From NCBI GenBank assembly GCA_964016885.1, contig OZ024746.1:27094001-27158000 (forward strand): a DNA stretch of 64,000 nt, given 5' to 3'. Positions within the stretch are counted from its first letter, which is position 1. Every line of letters begins with the position of its first letter. Origin of the DNA: Eledone cirrhosa. Taxonomy: Eukaryota. This document shows, in pieces, positions 15,448 through 27,705 of this stretch. The notes under the pieces were generated by a model, which had not been told where the DNA came from, searched no databases, and was given only the letters and a program-made list of their open reading frames with translations. Position numbers and translations under genes: made by a program.

Positions 15448-15995
15448 AAGGTTTAGCAAATAATGAAAAAGTTTCAAAATAAATTTAAAAAAATTAACTT
15501 TACCTACTATAGTTACCTTTACCGATCGGTTTCGAATCCCAAAAATAAACGGGGGCCTTACGGCCTTCGTTGCAAAGAGAGATTCTCATCAGAAGGTTCT
15601 TTTCATTCGAAGAATATAAAATTCTTGAATTTAAATTACGAACTAGCGCTATTCAAAACTGTTCCGGAGATGAGGGTGAAATGAGGTGGAATCAATTTTT
15701 TCAAGGGCCGAAGTAAAGATAGAGGCAGAAGGAGGTAGGTCAAACTAGCAGCGGCTATCACTAGCAGCAGTCAGGACGACCAAGTTTGCACTCAACAAGA
15801 GAGGAGTTTAGTAATAATAGGATATGTATTCCTTCACGCACAGGCGCAAAGAGACACACGTATTGTCCAACCAAATGCCAATGTGGTTCAATGGCAGGTT
15901 AATAAATTAACGAGCCAGAACATATATAAACAAGGTTTAGCAAATAATGAAAAAGTTTCAAAATAAATTTAAAAAAATTAACTTTACCTACTATA
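15441..15995 (-). mobile_element. Retrozyme-like element: 484 bp unit with about 70 bp terminal direct repeats and one canonical hammerhead
   Basis: tataaacaaggtttagc...tacctactata at 15441-15511 and 15925-15995; no credible ORF; (TA)n on both sides. Confidence 0.85.
15515..15597 (-). ncRNA. Canonical type I hammerhead ribozyme
   Basis: Minus strand: acctt|CTGATGA|gaatctc...gggattc|GAAAC-CGATCG-GTA|aaggt; all core nucleotides, G10.1-C11.1, perfect stem I, palindromic loop III. Confidence 0.88.
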
Positions 15996-16099
15996 TATAT
16001 ATATATATAGCTTTGTTTTATACATAGAGCAGTCTTTTTTCCTTTAACACACACATATATGTATATATATAAATATAATATAAAGACATCATATTCTCC

Positions 16100-16143
<44 letters not shown>

Positions 16144-16506
16144 TTATTAAAATAACAGATTAAATATATATATACAAACTTACATATACCAAAACACTAT
16201 AATTAATGTATACATACATATACATATTTGCTATATATATATATAAATATATATACGCTTGCCCAAGATGCCACGCAGTGAGATCGAACCCAGGACCTAA
16301 TTACGAAGCGAGCTTATTAAACATTCGGCCATGCTGTATTCACACCTCCCTATGTATGTCATACATAACACACACACACACACACCGTCTCACATACATA
16401 CACTCTCACACTGCAGATGCATACTTACAGCCTCACACATATCTCCCTACACACGTTATGCATAGCGTCGACACACACATACACACACTTCCTCATATTT
16501 TCCTTT

Positions 16507-17030
16507 GCTTCTGTCATTTATCTTCCACCACTGTCCGAAGCGTTGACTTATCTAACTTCAAAGTGCAATTATATATTGAATTCGTACTTTTGTTCGTAAC
16601 TTTGTGTTTAATTTTCGGTTGTTTGCTTTGTTTTTCTTGTTAATATATATATATATATAGTTATGTAATAAACAGCATAATATAATTAATTCATTTACCA
16701 ATGGTTTCCCGAAGACAGACGAGCTTGACACTTGTGTATGTCTTCATTCATCAGAACAAATTTATTATCGATAAGAAATTTGTTCTGATGAATGAAGACA
16801 GACATAAGTGTCAAGCTCGTCTGTCTTCGGGAAACCATTGGTAAATGAATTAATTATATTATGCTGTTTATTACATAACTATATATATATATATTAACAA
16901 GAAAAACAAAGCAAACAACCGAAAATCAAACACAAAGTTACGAACAAAAGTACGAATTCAATATATAATTGCACTTTGAAGTTAGATAAGTCAACGCTTC
17001 GGACAGTGGTGGAAGATAAACGACACAAGC
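16507..17030. mobile_element. About 520 bp near-perfect palindrome with head-to-head hammerheads
   Basis: Axis at atcgat 16767-16772; each arm includes an internal (TA)n tract; few mismatches. Confidence 0.92.
16777..16851 (+). ncRNA. Type I hammerhead ribozyme motif (mirror copy on minus strand about 16688-16762)
   Basis: aatttgtt|CTGATGA(16785-16791)|at-gaagacagac...gtctgtcttc-gg|GAAAC-CATTG-GTA(16831-16843)|aatgaatt; 10 bp stem II. Confidence 0.78.
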
Positions 17031-17070
17031 ACTCTCTTTTACTTTACCTTTCCTACGGAAATACTTCATT

Positions 17071-17102
<32 letters not shown>

Positions 17103-17177
17103 TTAGGTAATTCCGAAGGAAAAGGAAAGGTAAAAAGAGTGCTCTATGTATAGAACAGAGCTATTTAATTAGAAAGG

Positions 17178-17356
17178 GAACAACAGAAAATATAACTACT
17201 CCATTACCAAAGGTTTCTGGATCCCAGACAATAATAATATACGTCTGGGTCGGTTGTCAGACAGAGATGTTATCTGACGACCGATCCAGACGTATATTAT
17301 TATTGTCTGCGATCCAGAAACCTTTGGTAATGGAGAAGTTATATTTTCTGTTGTTC
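17178..17356. mobile_element. About 180 bp palindrome with hammerhead
   Basis: gaacaacagaaaatataact...agttatattttctgttgttc; small loop near 17262-17272. Confidence 0.88.
17268..17334 (+). ncRNA. Type I hammerhead ribozyme motif
   Basis: ttat|CTGACGA(17274-17280)|cc-gatccagacg...tgtctgcgatc-ca|GAAAC-CTTTG-GTA(17317-17329)|atgg; minus-arm copy reads CTGACAA (core mutated). Confidence 0.65.
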
Positions 17357-17368
17357 ACTTTCTAATTA

Positions 17369-17370
17369 AA

Positions 17371-17410
<40 letters not shown>

Positions 17411-17428
17411 TATGTTCGTGTATATGTT

Positions 17429-17486
<58 letters not shown>

Positions 17487-17832
17487 TATATATATACACA
17501 TATATACATGAAATGAAAACATACCTAAATGCATATATGCATACATCAAAACATTCATGCATACATATATACATACATAGATGCATAAGCTTGCATACAT
17601 ACATACATGTTTGCATACATACATGCATACATATATACATACATACATGTTTGCATACATACATGCATACATATATACATACATACACGCACATAAATAC
17701 ACACACGCACACACATACATACATACATACATACATACATACATAAATACACGCACATAAATACACGCACACACATACATACATACATACATACATACAT
17801 ACATACATACATACATACATACATACATACAC
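17369..17832. repeat. Poly-A, (TA)n and (CATA)n microsatellites
   Basis: Direct simple repeats. Confidence 0.9.
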
Positions 17833-18087
17833 GCAGTTAGGCATATAGATGTAATCTTGTGTTTGCTTTGAATTTGAGGAAATATTAAATAAAGTGTTCG
17901 TACTAAAGAACCAAGTGCAAAGCTATTAAAATTTAATGAATTTGAAATCTGTTCAGAGCATTATAGAATATCCGATTTAACGGCATCAAATCCGTTTTTT
18001 TCTCTACAGATTTCTAGAAGTTTCCTTCCCAATGTCACACAATACCGCCACCTTGCAATTGTGTGCAGCAAACTAATTTCATTTTCA

Positions 18088-18138
<51 letters not shown>

Positions 18139-18399
18139 TGATAATCATTTATTGTTGTTGTTGTTGTTGTTGTTGTTGTTTTGATGATGATGTCGATCAT
18201 TGCTACAATTATTATTATAGTTAATGTTGTTATTACTATTACTATTACCCCCCCCCCCCCGCCCACCACTATCACCACAACGACAATGACTACTACTACT
18301 ACTACATCATCATCACCACCATCAACATTATTATTATTATGATTGTTTTTGTTGTTGTATAGGCGTGTTATTGTAAGCTCCCATAAATGTGTTGTTTTT

Positions 18400-20287
18400 T
18401 CATATTTAAATAAAGAAGACCCCCAAGGAAGGAAAAGCCCATAATATTTGGGCATTTGACCCAAATATTTGAACTTTACACCCAAAATCTACGTCCACAA
18501 ATCTTTTTGTAAAAACGTAGGCGACATCCCACCACACATTCAGCAGCGAGAAAATCATATCACGTGACAGCGCCTCGGACTGAATCGATAATCCTAATTG
18601 CACGACGTAAAGATATTGCAAAAAAGGGAGATTTTTGGCACCAGCATTTTAAAGGACTACAAACAAAAATGATGGTGCGAATGTCACTATGTCCCTACAA
18701 AAAAAAAAAAAACGTTAGGGAGAGCTTCCTCCAACGACGTGGAACCCCGAATGTAAAAGCCACGTGTAGGTTTTTAAAGGGGATTCCAAAAGAAACCCCA
18801 CCAAATATGGAGGTCGAACCGCCCGATCTCCAAAAGCACTCGGAGGATAAGTAGCCACACCCTCTTTTCTTTCTTAAGTTTAACCAGCGAACATACGATA
18901 TTCGGGGACCCCGACGGTAAGTTTGTGGTCCGGGACATGAGCATTAGCGAAACTGGTGCCTTTAGACTAATGGCCGTCTATACTCCGAATGGGACACGAC
19001 GGCCGGAATTAGTCAGTTGTATAGATAAAAATGAAAATAATTAAAAATAAAGAAGTAAATTTTAGTCTTTAATAATTGATAGAATAACCAAACCCGGTAT
19101 CCAACGATGTAAAATACTTCAGTAATCAATACATAAGTAGGTAAGACCATAAAAATAGCAAAGGTTGATATTTGTAATTTAACTTTAAAAAATGTTTAAA
19201 ACTACGAACAGTCTCGGTGGTTGTGAGTTACAACTGCTGGTTATATAATAGTATATCTACTAATCCTAATAGGCAAATATTGATCTGAATTCAATCTCAC
19301 CCGAAAGAAGAAGAGTTTCTTATTTTGTTTCAGGTTTTGCCAACTAGAAGAAGGTAGACTGTATAAGAAGCATTGTCCGCCGTGGAAACTCTAGCTGTGG
19401 TTCTGTAGCTATAGCTTCCTTCGGCTTCGCTGTGCTGAAAGTTTCGCCTGCCTTAGCAGTTAATTACTGCTATTTTGTTCATATGTATATTTCACAAGAA
19501 CTTTTTTATTGGAGAAGATAAGACATTTTTAATATATTCTATAATCCGTATTTACACTTTACAATTTTACGGTCAATTGCATACACAGAAATAGAGAGGA
19601 TTTAAACATTTTTTTTTCCATTTATTCGATATAAAAATTAAATGATAGTATTATAGTTGTGTGTGGGCCCCTTTTTCTCTTCCTGGCAACCAATATTTTA
19701 GACCCAGTCCGCCAATGCTCACAGGTACCGATTAGATTTCCTGAACGTAGTAATGTGGATGTGGATCAATCGCATAGGGTCATCTAGATCGCATTTAGAT
19801 AAGTTTTTCATTAGATTAGCATATAGGGATAACGTAAGGATAACGTACCCGTAACTACAAACAGTCGCCTAATCAGACCATACATTTGTGATCTGCATGT
19901 TGGACCTAGATAGAACACGTAGGCAAATACGCGGTGACTGGAAGATTAACACGTCGTTCCTTGTGCGTAAAGCCAACAGAAACCAGATTAGCACATTAGT
20001 TAAGCGACAGTTGACAGGGGCAATCGTCAACACACACCTTCGTTGTGTGCTCTTGGGGCTTAAAGTGGCCTCGGATCTGTGGGGCTCCAAAACTACCCCA
20101 GTGTGATGCCCCCCCCCCCCCAGCCCCACTGGGGAATCCTGTTGATATTTATTTATTGTTAATAGTTATATATATATTGTTTTACATGACAATTGTATGT
20201 AAATCCCAACTGCTCATGTTTTTTTTTTTGGTATTGTCCTTTATGTTTCGGCCCTTGGGGCCAATAAAGAAAGAATCATTATTATTA
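18400..20287 (+). mobile_element. Internally deleted, interrupted Tx1-like LINE (APE endonuclease fragments and 3' UTR)
   Basis: 18890-19010 reads GDPDGKFVVRD..FRLMAVYTPN; 19780-20040 reads SRSHLDKFF, SDH and GDWKINTSFL; 3' end ttgtatgtaaa...aataaagaaa resembles the 8192 element; left boundary uncertain. Confidence 0.7.
19490..19717 (-). mobile_element. Terminal fragment of hAT-like DNA transposon (same end as 26009)
   Basis: ctggcaaccaatattttagacccagtccgccaatg is the reverse complement of cagtggcggactgggtctaaaaatattggttgccag at 26009. Confidence 0.7.
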
Positions 20288-20519
20288 ATTTTGTTTACTT
20301 GTATATTTAGTTATTGATTTTTAATTTTTGGTATTTTTAATCGCACACCAGAATGGATTAATATCTTATTAAAATTATATTCCGATATAATCATCATAAA
20401 GCATAGTATCAGGAAAAAATAATTTGTTGTTGATGTGATTATTTTTTTTTTTTTTAAATTATTAAAATTTTTTTTTTCAAATCTCTTCCTTTTGAAGAAA
20501 ATTGTATTTTTTTATTGAT

Positions 20520-21031
20520 AAAACAACTATCACCACTACCACCACCACAACCATCACCACCATCATCACAACCATCATCACCACCACCACCACCACCATC
20601 ACCACCACCACCATCGTCATCATAATAATCATTACCCCCTCCTCCATCCTGACCGTCATTCCCAACATTATGATGATTAACATCAGCAACAGCAACAACA
20701 ACAACATCAGCAGCAGCAAAAACAACAACAACAACAGCAGCAGCAACAGCAGCAAAAACGACAACAACAGCAGCAGCAACAACAACAACAACAGCAACAA
20801 CAACAACAGCAACAACAACAGCAGCAGCAACAACAGCGACAACATCAACAACAACAGAAGCAGCAGCAGCAACAGCAGCAACAGCAGCAACAATAGAAAC
20901 AACAATAGCAGCAGCAACAACAAGAACAGCAGCAGGAACAACAACAACAACAACAGCAGCAGCAGCTACAACAACAACACACCCGGCAACAACAGCAGCA
21001 GTAGCAACAACAACAGCAGCAACAACAACAA

Positions 21032-21063
<32 letters not shown>

Positions 21064-21300
21064 GCAGCTACAACAACATCAGCAGCAACAACAACAGTGG
21101 CAACAACTCCACAACAACAATAACGGAAATTCAATAACAAAAAAATATAAGAACAACAACAACAAAAACAATAAACGTGGAGAAATTTACTCTAACGAAA
21201 ATGTATTGGAAAAGAAACAAAACAAAGAAGAAAAATTTCAAATTATTATATAAATATAGCCTCCACAACAACAGCAATAACAACAACAATAATAACAACG
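20520..21300. repeat. (CAC/CAT)n and (CAA/CAG)n trinucleotide array
   Basis: Simple repeats giving poly-V/A/L/N ORFs. Confidence 0.9.
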
Positions 21301-21573
21301 TCGCATTCCTAACCAGATTACCGTATATTCGTATGTAAGGAAGGGGCGAAGGACATGAAAGATGTGATAAAAAAAGGAGAGAAAAATAAGAAAAATACAG
21401 ATAGAATAAAAAAAGTGAATAGGAAAAAATTAGCCGAAGTATTAGTAAATAGAGAATTATAAAAGAAAAAATATAGAATTGAGTATATTAAGATGTGAAA
21501 TATAAAAACAATGTTACAAAATCAAATGCAATAACAACATCAATATGTAAAACAATAACAAGAACAGAAATAA

Positions 21574-21788
21574 TGGTTTCTAGTATAGGCACAACGGCAG
21601 CAATTTTAGGGGAGGGGAAAGTCGATTAATTCGACCCCAGTGCGTGACTGGTACTTTATTTTACCGACCCCGTAAGGATGAAAGGCAAATATAACTTCGG
21701 CAGGATTTGAACTCAGATCCTTAAGGGTCGTAACTCTATGCTGCAAAGCATGGTGTCCGACTCTGCCGATACTGCCAATCCACCGCCC
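21574..21788 (-). mobile_element. Full-length tRNA-derived SINE with Meta-like core
   Basis: Minus: gggcggtggattggcag...gagttcaaatcc...gcctttcatccttacggggtcgg; duplicated flank aacagaaataat. Confidence 0.85.
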
Positions 21789-21813
21789 TAACAACAGAAA
21801 TAATAATAATAAT

Positions 21814-22200
21814 AATTGTTTCTACTTTAGGCACAAGGCCAGCAATTACCCAGTACATTACTGGTACTTTATGTTATCGACCCCGTAAGGATGAAAGACA
21901 AAGTTAACCTCGGCGGGATTTGAACTCAGATTGTAAAGGGACGTAACTATGCTAGAAAGCATGGCGTCCAACCCTCTACCGATACTGCCATCTGATTTAG
22001 GCACAAGGTAAATAATTTGAGAAGCGGGGAAAGTCGATTAAATCGACCTCAGTGCGTGACTGGTACTTTATTCTAACGACCCAGTAAGGATGAAAGGCAA
22101 AGCTAACCTCGGCCTTTCATCCTTACGGGGTCGATAAAATAAAGCACCAGTAATGCACTGAGTAATTGCTGGCCTTGTGCCAAAAGTAGAAACAATCATT
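21814..22200 (-). mobile_element. SINE cluster: copy 21814-21990, partial copy 21991-22112, inverted (+) partial copy 22111-22200
   Basis: Same core gcctttcatccttacggggtcgataaaataaag; tail ccttgtgcc..aagtagaaacaat. Confidence 0.82.
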
Positions 22201-22379
22201 ATTATTATTAAGGGTCGTGAATTGGCAGCATCGGTAGAGTGTCGGACAAACAACAACAACAAAATCCCAGTCACTACCATTAACCCTCCCCCACCACCAC
22301 CACCACCACCACCACCACAACAACAACAAGACCATCTATAATAGAGTTGAAACAAGGAAGGTCAACGTCTTGAAGAGTT

Positions 22380-22720
22380 GCTTAAATGCCTGAATAAATT
22401 AGACAAGGAAACGGAAAGAAAAAAAGAAGCAAAAAAAAAAAGCTCAGTAAAATATGAAGAGTAACCAGTGAACAGGAAATATGGCTTATTAAATTATGAT
22501 GATTACAAACAGAAACTAGACATAAACGAGGACATTGACTTAAAGTATGATTTCTTTTATTGACCACGAGAGCCGAAGACACCGGGGACAATATAAGGAC
22601 AAAACAACACCGAGTCAGGTTTATATAACTAAAAACCGAGACTGAAGGATTTCTAATCGAAGCACAAGATCAAAAACCTCTCATCCAGAAACCACCAGAA
22701 GTACATAATGAAACAGAACA
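22380..22720 (+). pseudogene. R4/Dong-like LINE fragment
   Basis: ctaaaaaccgagactgaaggatttctaatcgaagcacaagatcaa = LKTETEGFLIEAQDQ; homologous to 49200-49270. Confidence 0.65.
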
Positions 22721-22735
22721 CCACACATATACATC

Positions 22736-22782
<47 letters not shown>

Positions 22783-23252
22783 GTGCTCTGCTGAATACCT
22801 CAGATATTCAAAACAACAAACAGCGGAGGACGCGTTTCGCACCTTTCCGACAGACAACCTTTCCCCCACCCCGGAAAAAACCTCAGTTGATGAATGTGAA
22901 TCCGAAATATATAGGGACAATTAAATCTCTCCCAAGGTAACTCTCTCTCGTGTTCTTATTTTAATTTTATCCTTTATACTCTTTCCTTCATTCTTCTACA
23001 GGTCTTATACACACCACGCATCTCAACGTACACCCACTTACATCTCTCTCTCTCCACCACCGGATCTTGTTACCCGGAGATTTACCCATTTGCATTGTCG
23101 AGGCTTCCAAACGACTTAAAAGATATTTACCTATTATTCCACAATGCTTCAAGCAAACTTCAATACTCTCATATATATATATATATAAATATATTAATTA
23201 AAATAACAGATTAAAGTTTAATTTGGATTTTAGTCTTCAAATTTATTATTAT

Positions 23253-23323
<71 letters not shown>

Positions 23324-25357
23324 ATACAATAACAGAGATAGCTTAAAGCTAAACTCCGACTGGTAACCATCTCACTCAACACAAATTAGGTTATATGTTA
23401 GTATAACCCAATTTAAGTGTTTGGGTGCTAACTATATGTATTTTGTGGAAAGCCAGTTGTATTATTTTATGAGATATAATTAAAGTTAAAATATTATATA
23501 TATTAATTAAAATAACAGATTAAAGTTTAATTTGGATTTTAGTCTTCAAATTTATTATTATTACTATATATATATCGAAGGTACAGAAAGTTCGTTATTC
23601 AACAATTATTCAATAGGATTTCGTCAGTCAGCAAGTTCAAATGTAAATAAAAATAAGGTTTATTTTTGTATGCCTGCCATGGAAAATATGTTTACATCTC
23701 AATGTTCGGCAAGCATATGTCGTACCGGTTCAAGTAGTGGCAGATCAGAATGTGTATAAGGGGATCCCGTATTAAAATAAAATGATATTGAACATATGAT
23801 GCCGTCTCTCAATGTTTTAATATATATATATATTACCTTTTCTACAGAAATACTTAACACACACACACATATATATATATGTGTATATATATATACGTAT
23901 ATATGCACACATATATGTACACACATACATGCACGCACATCACACAGACACACATATATATATATACATACAGTAATAGTAATATAAATAACGTTTATGT
24001 CGAGATTAAGATTATGAAAGTAGAAATCTAAATGAACTTTATTATAAATTCAAATCATCTGTAGAGTCTGCTAGACATTTTGTACTTTCTCAATCAAGTT
24101 AATAATATGTCATCTTTGAGAATACTAAAATATATAAGCTGACAATGAATCACTTTGCTTCTTGAATTTAGATACAATGTAGTTCACGTAATGTCAAAAA
24201 TGATGTCCAAGAACTAATTATTTCTTTTCCCCCAGTTGCCAAATCATTCTGTTTAATATTCTCTGTTCTTAGACAAGGAAAACCCATTATCAATTTCAAT
24301 GAAATGTATTGTTTTATAATCGGTATTTTCGCTTAACAAATTGCATTTCTCTTGAGGTTTGAAAACAGAAAGTTGAAGAATATTTAAACAGTTTTATACA
24401 ATGGATAGTATTTCTCTGTAGAAGGTTTGATGGTTTCTTTAGTGCTTTACATTATACAGGAGTGGTTTCGCTATTTCCTTAGGGGAAAATCAGTGAACTA
24501 AAAACCATTTTGCTGTCTTTTTGGAGATTACATTGTAATTTAATCAATATTTAAATTACTGTTTTAAATGATCGATTCACGCCGTGTGTTTATTTTGTAA
24601 TGATCTTTTTGCGTTTGGACGTCTTATGGGAAATACTGTACGGATATTATCATTATTATAATTAGATTTTTTAACGTAAGTGGGTGACAGAAATGGCTGT
24701 TTAAACACATGCAGGGATTGTGTGGGTTAGTCGATAGGAGAAAGATGTTTAAAAGCCTTACAAACTTGCTCGGGCAGTTCAAATTGTCTTACAGTTACAG
24801 AATTGATTTCTTGAATGCACAAGTATAGACATAGTAGCCGGATTAAAGAATTAGCGCAATTAGCGTAGGTTTCTTTAAAAAGGGCGATTAGAATAAAATA
24901 GATAAGGCTTAGCAGAGAAGTAACGATGACGGAACACAAAATAGACGGTGAACTTGTGAACCAAAATAGGTGTTTAGGAAAAGAATTGAGTTCGATGTAC
25001 TAGCGTCGCGAAATATGAACGTTGCATTGTCAGAGCTAAGTGAAGCATGCGCACGTCTTCTATGACAATCCAGACTGTGATTCTATTTCCATACCAACGG
25101 GCCAAATTTGAGTGGTACATATAGAGAAAAGATATATGATCTGTTTTTCTATACATAATATATAAGAGATTTTTGTTGGTTGGTTCGTTCGGGCATTACA
25201 CAAAAAACGATAAGTGACAATCGAAAAGTAAGTACAGCAATGGAATAAAGGTATGCCCAGGAAGGTTTATTGATGCTAATTTTATAACAGCAAATAAGAA
25301 AAACATCCAGGGTATGCTAACCAACCTGACTGCTATTTCTAGCAGGTTTGGAATTTA

Positions 25358-25923
25358 TCTATATCTACATATAATATAAAAGATTGGAACTTCCATCATC
25401 CTTTTAAGAAACGTGCACCAATCACGTCTATGCAATGACACACCCTTTACAGGCAGGCAGAAGATGAACTATTTCCTAGAGGTCACTATCCTTGAAAGCA
25501 ATCATCAAGAGAAAATGCATTTGTTCCCAAGATTCCTCTTATCCCTTCCTCCACCGAGCTGCCTTTCAAATTCTCAAGACTTCAGTTCCTTGTTAGAGCC
25601 AGTTTTGCTATGACCATACATAAGGCTCAGGCTCAGAGTTTCAAAGTTGTAAAATTGAATACAAGAGAATCCCTTTTTACCCATGGACAGTTATATGTAG
25701 GTTGTTCACGAGTAGGAACACCTAAAAATCTTCATATACTATGCACGAACGGTAAAACGAAGAATCTGGTGTATCTGGAAGATATTTTACTGTTATTTTG
25801 TCCCACACACCACGGTCTCACTTCGTATTGTAAACCAGACAAACATCCGATACAGTCATTTTTTCTTCTACCTGTCTTCTCTTTTCATATGCTTACCCGG
25901 GCGAAGCTGGGTACATCAACTAG
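25358..25923 (+). mobile_element. Internally deleted Helitron retaining the Pif1-helicase C-terminus
   Basis: 5' A|TCtatatc; MTIHKAQ..FTHGQLYVGCSRVG; 3' hairpin tacccgg-gcgaag-ctgggta then CTAG|T. Confidence 0.88.
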
Positions 25924-26294
25924 TATATAATAAACGCATGATAACTTTTTAAATATTTTAAAATATATTTCCTTGTATGTCGTTCATAAGTATATGTTGT
26001 GTTTTATGCAGTGGCGGACTGGGTCTAAAAATATTGGTTGCCAGATGAAGGGGGCTCACCTACATATAGAATGCTACATATGGAATGCTAATTTTTATAA
26101 TGAATAAATAATATTTTCGAAAAATACATAATTGGAAAGAAAACAGTACAATCAAATTTTTGCGGAAAAATATCTCACCTTCTCCAATAAAAAATATTAT
26201 GTATTTTGCGAAATCCAGAGACTTTCAATAATGACCAGAAGTCGACCCTAAATATTACTAATAGCTCTAGGACACCACACCTTTTAAACTTTGA

Positions 26295-26598
26295 TTTTGA
26301 AAGTAGGTTTATAATAATCAATTTTCATTGCACTTTTGTATCTGTCTCGGTGGCCTAATTGGAGGAATCATAGACGGAGGTGATCCTGGTCTGAAGTTCG
26401 ATTCTGGTCGGGAGTAGAGCTCTCGCTAGACCTTTTCAGTTTTTTTTTTTCAATGGGTTGTAAAATAAAAACTGAGAAAGGTTACACCAGGATTGAACCC
26501 AAGGCCAGGATCTCCACTGTCTCTAGTACTTACCGCTAGGCCACAGAGACAACTACGAAAATCTAATGAAAATTCATACTTATAAACCTACTTTCAAA
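26295..26598. mobile_element. Inverted-repeat element whose two arms each carry a tRNA-like Pol III head
   Basis: ttttgaaagtaggttt...gtggccta..gttcgattc mirrored by gattgaacc...taggccac...aaacctactttcaaaa. Confidence 0.65.
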
Positions 26599-26804
26599 AT
26601 TTTCAATACAAAATTTTGCGGTGCCGTTCATGTCTTTCTTAATGTTATGGCTCCTACTTAAGATCGACTTCTAAATCATTTGGGTGTTCCATAAACTACA
26701 TCATCGTTTTGTTTCACATCTATCTAGACCATATTTTAACCTGTAACCCATGTTTCATTTCTATTGCACCTCATTTCTCCCCCCCCCCCTCTCTCTCTCT
26801 CTCC

Positions 26805-26837
<33 letters not shown>

Positions 26838-26839
26838 CA

Positions 26840-27039
26840 ACGAAGGAAGTGTGGTAAGGAACCAGGTGGACCAGAGTACTCGATACTATGGATAGTAGAG
26901 TGGGTAATAGGAAAAGAGTCAAAACCCCGACGGCAGAGCTCAAGCCGTTTCGACGGCTATTTCTGGACTGAAATAGAGTCCAGAAATAGCCGTCGAAACA
27001 GCTTGATCTCTGTCGCCGAGGTCTTGACTCTTTTCCTAT
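26840..27039. mobile_element. TA-embedded element with 63 bp-arm palindrome (26907-27039)
   Basis: ataggaaaagagtc...gactcttttcctat, loop gaaatag; gagtactc box at about 26873; CGAAAC present but no canonical CTGANGA. Confidence 0.8.
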
Positions 27040-27501
27040 ATATATATATATATATATATATGCTTGTGTGTCTGTGTCTATATATATATATATATATGTA
27101 TGTTTACATGAATGAATAAACTTTAGATTTAGTAGAATGTACAACCAGTGATTCCAGCTATTTGCACTATCGTATATTTTGGTTTCTAGTAATTCTCTGG
27201 GGAATTGGTTGACCAATGCTTTGTTTAATTATTTTATTTATTAAAAAAAATTGTTTATTCTTTCTTTTAGATTGGCTCCTAAAATACTACAGTGAGTCCT
27301 GCAATACTACTGTGGGCTCTTGCAATGCTACTGTGGGCCTGGGGGCCCCACATGTCATTGGGCAACCTGGCAACCTGGCTATCTGCCACTGTATATATGC
27401 ACCTGCGTATGTGCATTTATATGTATGTGTGTATGTGTAGATATGTTTGTGTGCATGTATATCTATGTACATGTGTAATAGTATACATATGTATACTATG
27501 T

Positions 27502-27705
27502 GAAGGCGTGTGGCTGAGTGGTTAGAGAATTGGATTCGCAATCGTAAGGTTGTGAGTTCGATTCCTGGACCAGGCGATGCGTTATGTCCTTGAGCAAGAC
27601 ACTTCTACCTGGAGTTGCGACCGATAGATAGTATTAGCAATTGGAAAGACCAACGGAAACATTGTTCCCACGGTCCGATTTGACGAAAGTCGATCGTTCC
27701 TTTAA
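27502..27705 (+). mobile_element. tRNA-derived SINE, second family
   Basis: A-box gtggctgagtgg, B-box gttcgattcc, tgtccttgagcaagacactt; near-identical to 58658-58877; A-tail. Confidence 0.85.

Larger units (their letters stand above)
26009..27391 (+). mobile_element. hAT-like non-autonomous DNA transposon with nested insertions
   Basis: Imperfect TIR cagtggcgga / tctgccactg; ggggcccc subterminal motif; 8 bp TSD only partly matching. Confidence 0.55.

Noticed and set aside
17029-17142. Short imperfect inverted repeat around a TA/TG tract
   Set aside because: Only about 30 bp, purine/pyrimidine-biased and degenerate; may be a related element end but cannot be supported.
20454-21140. Poly-V/A, poly-L and poly-N/S ORFs (also 38787-39827)
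   Set aside because: Trinucleotide microsatellites with no domain or splice support.
27502-27580. tRNA gene (also 58658 and other SINE heads)
   Set aside because: A/B boxes run on into SINE bodies and tails; no clean cloverleaf.
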